Source of the DNA: Thermofilaceae archaeon
Lineage (GTDB): Archaea > Thermoproteota > Thermoprotei > Thermofilales > Thermofilaceae
NCBI GenBank assembly: GCA_038727095.1
Contig: JAVYWK010000015.1
Location: forward strand, 1 to 45,210
Direction: 5' to 3'
Length of the DNA stretch: 45,210 bases
A model generated the notes under the pieces. The model did not search any database. It saw only the letters and a program-made list of their open reading frames with translations, and was not told the DNA's origin. Made by a program: the position numbers and the translations under genes. Of the stretch, positions 1 through 7,436 are shown one piece after another; positions within the stretch are counted from its first letter, which is position 1; each line of letters starts with the position of its first letter.

Positions 1-456
1 GTGGAGCTAGCCGAGGGTTTGAAAGTCCCCTTCGAGATCTACAACTTCCGGGGGAAACCCTTCCTCATAGTGTTTGCCGGTAGAAGAAGGGCTGCAAAGG
101 CCGCGAGGATGCTATCGCGCTTAGCTAACGTGGAAGTCCTGGAAATCAGCTTGCGCCCTGAAAGGGTTCTAGACGCCTTCGCTGGCAGCGTGATCAAGCT
201 TGTGGTCTTCGACATGGTAAGGGTTCCAGGGCTCCGCAGGGTCGTTCTTTCGGGAGCGGCAGTCTCCGACAGCGAGCTCTACAAGGAATTCGCCGCGACA
301 AGCGAGATCCGATACGTCCTCTTCCAGACGAGTGAGGGTCTGGTGCTCGGAGTCAGCAACTCCTGTACAATCGTTGCCTTGTCCAAGATCTCGGCGGAGG
401 ACATCTCATCCACGGTGAAAGAATTCCTGCTACCCCTCATCTCACCGTTAGCATGA
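1..456 (+). CDS. Hypothetical protein (possibly 5'-truncated at the window edge)
   Basis: 151-aa ORF starting at base 1, with a 4-nt ATGA overlap into the next gene; no family recognised. Confidence 0.7.
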   Translation: MELAEGLKVPFEIYNFRGKPFLIVFAGRRRAAKAARMLSRLANVEVLEISLRPERVLDAFAGSVIKLVVFDMVRVPGLRRVVLSGAAVSDSELYKEFAATSEIRYVLFQTSEGLVLGVSNSCTIVALSKISAEDISSTVKEFLLPLISPLA

Positions 457-965
457 CGACCTACTTCATCGGCTTCTTCGCCCCATTAACGAGGTTCGAC
501 CGCTTCATACCACCGGATTTTACTCCGCTACCCGTCGAGCAGAGGCACTTAACGCTCCTCTATTTAGGCTATCTGCCCGACCCCATAGGAGCATGTATCA
601 GGCTCTCGAGCGTACGGCATACAAAGCTTAGACTGGAATTCCAGGGGCTTCAAGCATTCCCGAACGAGACCAAGCCGCGGTACCTAGCTGCAGTCCCCAC
701 GCTCGATAGCCAGCTGCTGCTCGCTAGGCTACGCGACGGGCTGTCCCAGCTCTTTCCTAACTGCGAGGAGCGGTACGGGACGTTCAGACCGCATGTTTCG
801 ATTGCTCATACGCGGAAAAAGGCCAGCATTGATCTGTACGAGGCAGTACTGAAGGCTGTTAAAGCCAGCCGGACGATGAGCGAGAGTATCATCGTCGATA
901 AGCTCTGCTTGATGTCCGCTAGGGAGGGTGTCGTTAGGGCGGTGTGCTGCATCGATCTCTGTTAG
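453..965 (+). CDS. thpR: 2H phosphoesterase, RNA 2',3'-cyclic phosphodiesterase / 2'-5' RNA ligase family
   Basis: Two HxT/S motifs (HLTLLYLG and FRPHVSIAH), plus AFP..PRYL typical of LigT/ThpR. Confidence 0.8.
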   Translation: MTTYFIGFFAPLTRFDRFIPPDFTPLPVEQRHLTLLYLGYLPDPIGACIRLSSVRHTKLRLEFQGLQAFPNETKPRYLAAVPTLDSQLLLARLRDGLSQLFPNCEERYGTFRPHVSIAHTRKKASIDLYEAVLKAVKASRTMSESIIVDKLCLMSAREGVVRAVCCIDLC

Positions 966-1288
966 CCCTGAAGCGCGCGGAACCCCTCCTCGTCTAGTAA
1001 GTGCTGCAGCTCCCTATTCTTTTTGAAGTAGTTGACGGCAAAGCTACACACAGGAACAATCTTGTAGCCGTTCTCTCTAGCCCAGTTCACCGCGTAATCG
1101 GTTAAGCGGGTCGCAATCCCCCTTCCCCTGAACTCGGGCGGAGTGTAAGTCTTCGTTATGTACATCTTGCCCTCCCTTATTTCATAGCCGAGGAAGGCAA
1201 AGGTTCCGGGCGCCAATCGTATGAGGAATTTTCCCAGCTCCGGCCTGTGTATAACCTCGTACTCGTAGCTCACAGGCGGCAAGGGCAC
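962..1288 (-). CDS. Small GNAT acetyltransferase (YjdJ-like)
   Basis: TYTPPEFRGRGIA acetyl-CoA motif and PVCSF motif in a 108-aa protein. Confidence 0.85.
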   Translation of the reverse strand: MPLPPVSYEYEVIHRPELGKFLIRLAPGTFAFLGYEIREGKMYITKTYTPPEFRGRGIATRLTDYAVNWARENGYKIVPVCSFAVNYFKKNRELQHLLDEEGFRALQG

Positions 1289-1297
1289 AGCAGATTA

Positions 1298-1303
1298 TTT
1301 AAA
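1298..1303. promoter_or_regulatory. TATA box (TTTAAA) upstream of tRNA-Val
   Basis: TTTAAA lies 22-27 nt before the tRNA 5' end. Confidence 0.6.
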
Positions 1304-1324
1304 TTGCCTGCTTAAGGGTCACGC

Positions 1325-1439
1325 GGGCCCGTGGCCCAGCGGTGGGGCGCCCGCCTTACAAGCTTCAGGTTGCAGCTGAGCGGGTCAATCGGGCTAGGAG
1401 CGCGGGAGGTCCCGGGTTCGAATCCCGGCGGGCCCACCA
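1325..1439 (+). tRNA. tRNA-Val(TAC) with a 40-nt intron (1361-1400) at canonical position 37/38 and encoded CCA
   Basis: Acceptor stem GGGCCCG/CGGGCCC, D stem GCCC/GGGC, anticodon stem CCCGC/GCGGG(1402-1406), T arm CCGGG-TTCGAAT-CCCGG, ACCA end. BHB: CTTA pairs with TAGG, bulges CA|A and AG|C, intron helix GCTT/GGGC. Confidence 0.95.
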
Positions 1440-1498
1440 AGCGGATTTTGTAGGCACCCACTCAGAAGGATCTGTTTTAACGGTTTATCGTCCGACTT

Positions 1499-2710
1499 TT
1501 ACAACTCCACCCTCTTTATCTGGGAAAGTACTTTCTCACGAAGCTTTTGCGGTGGTTCCACTTCTACCAATATTTTTCCTTGCTCCATCACTTTGACCAG
1601 AAGGGGTTGCATGGGACGTCCGCAGCGGGGGCAATTGGGTGCCCCCTCGCTCTCGAGCGCGACAAGGTCGATGAGGCACTCCCAGCACCTATAGGCCTGC
1701 TTTTTCCCACTATACTTACCTCTTTTCGCTATCGGTACCCACTTCTCTCCAACCTTTACGGACACGATGTCTAGTGCGTAGTCTATGTAGGGTGCGTTAG
1801 CTATCGCTGAGCCCACTCCGAAGACGTCGGCTCCCGCTTCGGCGAGGGCTGGGATGCTGTACTCGTTAAGCCCGCCCGAAACAACGATTTTTACGTTGGT
1901 ATAGCCGGCAGCCTTTAGCTTCCATTTAACCTCCCTCACGATGGAAGTCATATTGCCCCTCCTGCTCCCCGGGGTGTCGAGGCGCACCCCCCAAAGCTTA
2001 TCGCCTAAGAGCTCAGCCGCCTTCAGCGCCTCCTCCGTCTCGTCCCAGAATGTGTCAGCTAGCACGACTCTAGGGACTCTGGGATCCACGTGTTTATCGA
2101 AAGCGAGCCAAGCCTGCGTGTGGTCCCCCCTCACGGCCCGGAACACGATCATGAGACTGTGGGGCATCGTCCCTGACGGGGGTATGCTGATAAGCTCTGC
2201 ACCCTTTACGCAGGAGACCCCATCGCAGCCCCCAATGTAGGCGTAGTAGTCTACGCACGGAGCTATGGCGGGGTGCGTCCGGCGGGCGCCGAACGATAGG
2301 ACAATCTTGTCCTCGGCAGCCTTCTTCACCCTCGCGGCTTTCGTGGCGATCCCTGACGCTGCTGCAAGGAAGCCGAGAAGGGCTGTCTCGTAGAGGGCGA
2401 ATTCCCCGTACGGCCCCTCTACGACCATGACCGGCATCCTAACCCCTCTGTAATCCGCTGGCCTCAGTAGCGTAGCCTCCGGTACCGAGTAAACGTTAAC
2501 GCGCTTACCCTCGAGAAGGCGGAGAACCTCAATTGAACCGGCGTACACCACCCACTTGTAGTCTTCTGGGATCGCGCTGATCGTCACTTCAGCTGCAACT
2601 TCCACTCTGTCTAAGCCTTCGCCAGTTAGGGTCTGAAGCGTCCTCTCGAAGTACACGTCCGTCGTTTTACCACTCTTTATCTCATCTGGCAGCGCGTAGA
2701 TGAAGCTCAT
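1499..2710 (-). CDS. pncB: Nicotinate phosphoribosyltransferase with C-terminal Zn ribbon
   Basis: TDVYF, SFGARR, GTMPHS, GVRLDT, SGGL and FGVG motifs; ATG at 2710 overlaps the upstream stop (ATGA); alternative GTG at 2719. Confidence 0.92.
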   Translation of the reverse strand: MSFIYALPDEIKSGKTTDVYFERTLQTLTGEGLDRVEVAAEVTISAIPEDYKWVVYAGSIEVLRLLEGKRVNVYSVPEATLLRPADYRGVRMPVMVVEGPYGEFALYETALLGFLAAASGIATKAARVKKAAEDKIVLSFGARRTHPAIAPCVDYYAYIGGCDGVSCVKGAELISIPPSGTMPHSLMIVFRAVRGDHTQAWLAFDKHVDPRVPRVVLADTFWDETEEALKAAELLGDKLWGVRLDTPGSRRGNMTSIVREVKWKLKAAGYTNVKIVVSGGLNEYSIPALAEAGADVFGVGSAIANAPYIDYALDIVSVKVGEKWVPIAKRGKYSGKKQAYRCWECLIDLVALESEGAPNCPRCGRPMQPLLVKVMEQGKILVEVEPPQKLREKVLSQIKRVEL

Positions 2711-2958
2711 CGGTACCACGCCCCCAACACGAAATCTTCGTTCACGTATAGGGAAACTTTTTTGCCCTTTCGCTCCTCCCTCACGAGTCCCAGCCTTTGC
2801 AGAATCATCAGATGCCCCGCGAGCGTCCCCGGACCGATGTTTAGCAGCCTGGCTAGTTGCCGCAAATTTATGCCGGGATTATCGAATAGCGCTAGCATGA
2901 TCTGCCTCCTCACTGGATGGGTCAGCGCTTCCCGCACCGTAAGTATCTTGCTCGGCAC
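2707..2958 (-). CDS. ArsR-like winged-helix transcription regulator
   Basis: HPVRRQI..NPGINLRQLARLL..HL..L..LGLV wHTH pattern; translationally coupled to pncB. Confidence 0.85.
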   Translation of the reverse strand: MPSKILTVREALTHPVRRQIMLALFDNPGINLRQLARLLNIGPGTLAGHLMILQRLGLVREERKGKKVSLYVNEDFVLGAWYR

Positions 2959-3035
2959 TGCTGCTCTCTAGTCTGATGTTCTTTTAAAGTTGCTCACGAT
3001 GCAAAACGTTATAAGCGCGTCCGAGCCTCAGCATT

Positions 3036-3524
3036 GTGCGCTGCGAGCTTTGCGGCGAGGAGATCAGAGGAGTCCCGTACTTGGGTCTCGTTGATCGGGC
3101 TGAGCTCATCCTCTGCGAGAGATGCGTTAAGCGTGCCAGTAAAGTGTATGGACCGCTGGGCCAGCGGCGTCAGGTCGAGCCCAAGAGAGAACCAAAAAGA
3201 GTACCCGCACGCGTACGGAGAACGCAAGTCACGGAAGAAGTCATCGAGGGATTCGCTGAAGTGGTTAGGGAGGCTAGGGAGCGCGCTGGTTTAACGAGGG
3301 ATGCCTTAGCAGCTATGGTTGGGGTTAAGGTGTCAGTTATCAGGAGGATTGAGGAGGGAAGCCTAGTCCCTCCCGTCGATTTAGCGAAAAAGCTTGAGAG
3401 AATTCTTAAAGTTAAGCTAGTAGAAGTAGTGGAGGAGGAGCGCGTGGGGAAGGCGGGGGTGGGAGCCGATTGGGAGCAAACGCTCGGAGACGTAGTGGTC
3501 TTCAGGGAGGAGGACGAGGGGTAG
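3036..3524 (+). CDS. mbf1: Archaeal multiprotein bridging factor 1
   Basis: N-terminal CELCG..CERC Zn ribbon, Cro/C1-like HTH, C-terminal TLGD motif. Confidence 0.92.
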   Translation: MRCELCGEEIRGVPYLGLVDRAELILCERCVKRASKVYGPLGQRRQVEPKREPKRVPARVRRTQVTEEVIEGFAEVVREARERAGLTRDALAAMVGVKVSVIRRIEEGSLVPPVDLAKKLERILKVKLVEVVEEERVGKAGVGADWEQTLGDVVVFREEDEG

Positions 3525-4762
3525 ATTACACGCCCGTAATCCTAGTTGAACGAAGGCGTAGAAGTGAAAAGAGCCTTCTGTACGAGCTCAAGGATCTGGC
3601 GGAAGCTGCGGGCTACGTAGTCGTGGACGTAGTCAGCCAGGTGCGGGATCCCGATCCCAAGTACAACATCGGCGCTGGTAAAGTAGCTATGCTGGCTGAG
3701 CTTGTCAGAAGCAAGGGGGCGAAGAAGGTCATATTCTTTAACGAGCTTAAACCCCACCAGGCCTACAACTTGATGAAGGAGCTTAAAGTCGACGTGATTG
3801 ATAGGTTCGACCTCATCTTAGAGGTTTTCTCCAAGCGGGCGGGTAGTAAGGAGGCAAAGCTCCAAATCGAGCTGGCCAAGCTGAGCAGGGAGCTCTCGTT
3901 TGCTAGAGAATGGCTCAGGTTGGCGAAGATCGGCGAGCTGCACGGCTTCATGGGTGGTGGCGAGTACGCGATCGATACCTACTACAAGCACGTGAGAAGG
4001 CGTATCGCGAACATCAAGGATGAATTGGCCAAGCTGAGGGCTCGCAAAGCGGAAAGATGGCGGCGGCGGAGCATCGATAGCGGCCTCTACTACCTGGCAT
4101 TGACCGGCTACACGGGAGCCGGAAAAACCACGCTCTTCACCGCACTCACCGGGCAGGCCGCCTACGTTGATGGTAAACCTTTCGCCACTCTTTCCACGAA
4201 GATGGGGCGCGCTATCATCGAGGGGCGCCCCGTCATAGTCTCTGACACCGTTGGCTTCATCGACTGCCTACCCCCGCAGCTTCTCGACGCTTTCTACACG
4301 ACCCTTGGGGAGGTAGTCCTCGCGGATCTAGTGCTCCTAGTCTACGACGCCAGTGAGGAGCTCGGCGAAATCGAGCGGAAACTTACAGCTGGCCTTACGA
4401 CCCTTCAGTCGCTGGGGGTAGATAGGAATCGGATACTCGCGGTGGCCAATAAGGTAGATCTGATCAGCGAAGATGAGCTGCGTGGCGCGCTCGAAATTGC
4501 CGGAAGGCTGGGCTTGGAGCCAATAGCCATATCGGCGCGTACGGGCTTTGGGTTGGATGCATTAAAAAGGAGCATACTCGATAAGCTGCCGAACTACGCT
4601 GTAGCTGAAATAGAGTTACCGACTGCGGACGATCTTTCGAAGCTTTCAAAGCAAATCTACATCAGGCAAATTATCGAGGATAATGGTCGTATTAAGGCAA
4701 TTGTGGAGGGGAGGGAGGAGTGGCTAAGAGCGTTCATCTCGAGGCTGGAGAAGAGCCGATAG
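3521..4762 (+). CDS. hflX: GTPase HflX (start uncertain: TTG 3470 or GTA 3521)
   Basis: IDRFDLILEVF, EAKLQIELA, GYTGAGKT, FATL, DTVGF and NKVD motifs. Confidence 0.93.
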   Translation, partial: VDYTPVILVERRRRSEKSLLYELKDLAEAAGYVVVDVVSQVRDPDPKYNIGAGKVAMLAELVRSKGAKKVIFFNELKPHQAYNLMKELKVDVIDRFDLILEVFSKRAGSKEAKLQIELAKLSRELSFAREWLRLAKIGELHGFMGGGEYAIDTYYKHVRRRIANIKDELAKLRARKAERWRRRSIDSGLYYLALTGYTGAGKTTLFTALTGQAAYVDGKPFATLSTKMGRAIIEGRPVIVSDTVGFIDCLPPQLLDAFYTTLGEVVLADLVLLVYDASEELGEIERKLTAGLTTLQSLGVDRNRILAVANKVDLISEDELRGALEIAGRLGLEPIAISARTGFGLDALKRSILDKLPNYAVAEIELPTADDLSKLSKQIYIRQIIEDNGRIKAIVEGREEWLRAFISRLEKSR

Positions 4763-5295
4763 TGGTAGTCCTGAGGGTAGGGCACAGGCCCGGCAGGGAT
4801 AAGAGGATATCCACTCACGTGGGTTTGGTTGCGAGAGCTTTCGGCGCTCAGGGGGTGATCTTCGCAGGGGAGATCGAGGAGACCGTTATCAAAAGCATCC
4901 AGAGGGTCGTTGAAACCTGGGGTGGTCCCTTTTTCGTGAAAGTCGTGCGTTCGTACAGGGAAGCCATTAACCAATGGAAAGAGGAAGGGGGCATCGTAGT
5001 TCACCTGACGATGTACGGAGAAAACATCGTAGGATCTAATGTTCTTGAGAGAATCAAGCGGAGAGGTAGGAAAGTCATGGTCGTAGTGGGGGCTGAGAAA
5101 GTTCCTGCAGAGCTCTACGAGCTCGCAGACTTCAACGTAGCCATTGGGAACCAGCCGCACAGCGAAGTGGGCGCTTTAGCCGTCTTCCTGGATAGGTTCT
5201 TCGGAGGAGCAGAGTTATTGAAGGAATACCTCGACGCGAAAATAAAGATTATACCCTCACCGCGCAGCAAAATCGTTGAAAGGATCCACCGATGA
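4762..5295 (+). CDS. trm56: tRNA (cytidine(56)-2'-O)-methyltransferase
   Basis: LRVGHRPGRDKRISTHV, HLTMYG, GAEKVP and GNQPHSEV SPOUT motifs; likely GTG start at 4762. Confidence 0.93.
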   Translation: MVVLRVGHRPGRDKRISTHVGLVARAFGAQGVIFAGEIEETVIKSIQRVVETWGGPFFVKVVRSYREAINQWKEEGGIVVHLTMYGENIVGSNVLERIKRRGRKVMVVVGAEKVPAELYELADFNVAIGNQPHSEVGALAVFLDRFFGGAELLKEYLDAKIKIIPSPRSKIVERIHR

Positions 5296-5317
5296 TCCGG
5301 CTAAACCGAATCCCCCC

Positions 5318-5390
5318 GCGCATCCCGCAGAAGTTGAGCAGTCCAACAGTAGGTAAGGGACGCTACGCTCAGTACTCCCGACGTACGCGC
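5318..5390 (-). ncRNA. Candidate long-hairpin small RNA, divergent from tfe
   Basis: Four nested stems (GCGCGU/AUGCGC, CGGGAGU/ACUUCUG, UGAGCG/UGCUCA, GUCC/GGAC) with four G-U pairs possible only on the minus strand; TTAATTAA at 5422-5429. Confidence 0.45.
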
Positions 5391-5482
5391 CATCCAGAAA
5401 AGCTTGATAAGGGGGCAGGGCTTAATTAACCTAAGGGGGTTACGCTGGGATCGACCCGATTCGGATGTAGCGGGGTGATGAA

Positions 5483-5992
5483 TTGGTGAGTGAGAGGGAG
5501 CAGGTACTATCTACGCTCGCGAGGAAAATTCACGGTGAGATCGCTGGTAGGATCATAGACCGGCTGATAAAGGTAGGTGAAGCAACAGATGAGCAACTAT
5601 CTCAAGCGCTGGGGATCGAGATTGGCGTGATAAGGAGGACTCTGAACGCTCTCTACGAGTCGCGGTTAGTGAAGTACCGTCGCGTGAGAGACGTGGATCA
5701 GGGCTGGTACCTGTACTACTGGCGGCTAACGGACGACTTCCCCACTCGGGTGCTGGAGGAGCGCCGGCGTAAAGCGCTGGAGATTCTTAAGCGCCGGTTA
5801 GAGTACGAGGAGGGTAACAGCTTCTTTTACTGCCCCAGTTGCAGGTTCAAGTACTCGTTCGACGAAGTAGTAGACTACATGTTTCGGTGTCCGAACTGCG
5901 GCAGCGATCTAGAGGCGCTCGACAATGGGGTAGCTGTTGAAAAACTAAAGAGGGCTATCAGAATCCTTGAGGAGTTAAAATTCGAACAATAA
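5483..5992 (+). CDS. tfe: Transcription factor E alpha
   Basis: wHTH with TDEQLS..IRRTLNALY..GWYLYYW and CPSC..CPNC Zn ribbon; GGGGTGA SD upstream. Confidence 0.92.
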   Translation: MVSEREQVLSTLARKIHGEIAGRIIDRLIKVGEATDEQLSQALGIEIGVIRRTLNALYESRLVKYRRVRDVDQGWYLYYWRLTDDFPTRVLEERRRKALEILKRRLEYEEGNSFFYCPSCRFKYSFDEVVDYMFRCPNCGSDLEALDNGVAVEKLKRAIRILEELKFEQ

Positions 5993-6005
5993 AGGGAAAT
6001 GAATT

Positions 6006-6500
6006 ATGGATAAGGCTAGGCTAGCCAGTCCAAGTGACTTGGAGTTGAGAGAGCTAAAGGCGCTTCTGGCCTATCAGTTTGGGAAAGGGGCTGAAAACCT
6101 GCTGAACGGGGTTGTCGAAGTGCGTAGATCGCCTCTTACGGGCAGGATAAGGGAGGTTTACGTGAATGGGGAATTGATAGGCACTATAAGGGCCAATGAC
6201 GGCTTCTTCGTACCATCGCTGAGAGGAGCCAAGAAACTCCTAGCTATACTCCCATACCCTAAATCTCGCGTGGTAGTTCAGAAAGATTTAGCCAAGTTTG
6301 TAGCTGAAGGAAGAAGCGTCTTTTGCAAACACGTGGTAACGGCTGATACAGAGCTTAAACCTGGTGATGAAACTCTCGTCGTTGACGATGAGGGACACCT
6401 AGTTGCTATCGGTAAGGCTGTAGTAAGTGGCAGCACAATTGTAACGAAGAAGACAGGTGTCGCTGTCAAAGTGAGGAAAGGAGTCAAAAACGAAGGATAA
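6006..6500 (+). CDS. PUA-domain protein (archaeosine TGT C-terminal-like)
   Basis: YQFG..TGRIR..GRSVFCKHV..PGDE..AVKVRKG. Confidence 0.85.
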   Translation: MDKARLASPSDLELRELKALLAYQFGKGAENLLNGVVEVRRSPLTGRIREVYVNGELIGTIRANDGFFVPSLRGAKKLLAILPYPKSRVVVQKDLAKFVAEGRSVFCKHVVTADTELKPGDETLVVDDEGHLVAIGKAVVSGSTIVTKKTGVAVKVRKGVKNEG

Positions 6501-6514
6501 AAATCAGAAGATCA

Positions 6515-6820
6515 CTACTTGTAGAAAACTACGTACCGAAATTGTCTCCTATTTTCTATCCTAATATTAAAATTGTTTCTCAGAACCCTCTCCATCTCCC
6601 GGTAAAAGTATTGGTTGGTCAACCTAGAGGGAGGTTTCACGCGGGGAACTAGCCCCCTAATGGCGTTCAGGTCGGTAGTCCTCTGCTTGTATGCTACGTA
6701 CGCGTAACGTAGAAGGGTACGGAGCTTTATCGAGACCATCCGGGACTTGGTGTTTCTTAAAATCTCCTTAGAAACGAGGACAACATGTTCAAGCAGATGA
6801 TTTCTTTCAGAATCCGTCAT
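6515..6820 (-). CDS. Small basic hypothetical protein, possibly nucleic-acid binding
   Basis: 101-aa Arg/Lys-rich ORF with a CTTATAAG TATA-like box about 30 nt upstream. Confidence 0.75.
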   Translation of the reverse strand: MTDSERNHLLEHVVLVSKEILRNTKSRMVSIKLRTLLRYAYVAYKQRTTDLNAIRGLVPRVKPPSRLTNQYFYREMERVLRNNFNIRIENRRQFRYVVFYK

Positions 6821-6958
6821 AGGGGCTCCGCAGCTTTCTCCGCGATCTCCTTATAAGTTTTTCAGTAAATACTTATATATTGCTATAAAAGCATAATTGA
6901 TTGCTGACGATTTCAACCTAGGCATTTGCCGAAATGCTAGAACCTTAATTCGGGTCCG

Positions 6959-7429
6959 TTACTCCCAATCTGGGAATAGTTTAGCTAAATCGGCCTCGTG
7001 CAACTCGAGAAGCCCGGATATCTCTGTTTTCCTGCTCCGCCATTGAGCCCTATTAGTCATGCTCCATACGTAGCGCTCTACCGCTTCACCTTTATTCGGT
7101 TTAAAAACCATCACTAGCTTCTTTGGAGAGTTATTGTCTAATACATCGTACAGCTTCAAGACGACTCCCTCAGCCTCGTATACCGAGACCTTGCAGTCGA
7201 ACTCATCCCGTGCAATCGCATGTGCAATGTCAGCTACGCTCAGCTGCAGAGTATCCCCGAAGTCCATGTCAAAGTGGAGAGCATCCTCCGACAAAATGAA
7301 GGTTCTCGCTGTACCCTGAACCTCAGTTAACCTGCGATTCTTAACTAAGTAAAGCCTCCCCTTAGCTTTGACCGTACGGGGAGCTGGATCGTCAAACCTA
7401 ACGTAAAAATCGAACGTTTTAACCATCAT
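6959..7429 (-). CDS. Hypothetical protein
   Basis: ORF immediately downstream of tes; likely start at ATG 7429 or 7426. Confidence 0.7.
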   Translation of the reverse strand: MMVKTFDFYVRFDDPAPRTVKAKGRLYLVKNRRLTEVQGTARTFILSEDALHFDMDFGDTLQLSVADIAHAIARDEFDCKVSVYEAEGVVLKLYDVLDNNSPKKLVMVFKPNKGEAVERYVWSMTNRAQWRSRKTEISGLLELHEADLAKLFPDWE

Positions 7430-7436
7430 CGTGGCT

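Noticed and set aside
1342-1596. 84-aa ORF and the many other short shadow ORFs in the track
   Set aside because: They overlap the tRNA or lie antisense or out of frame within well-supported genes, with no recognisable motifs
5464-5473. 10-nt complementarity of the 42168-42215 sRNA (CCGCUACAUC) to the tfe leader
   Set aside because: A 10-mer match is plausible by chance given several guides and 45 kb on two strands, and one position is part of the D box
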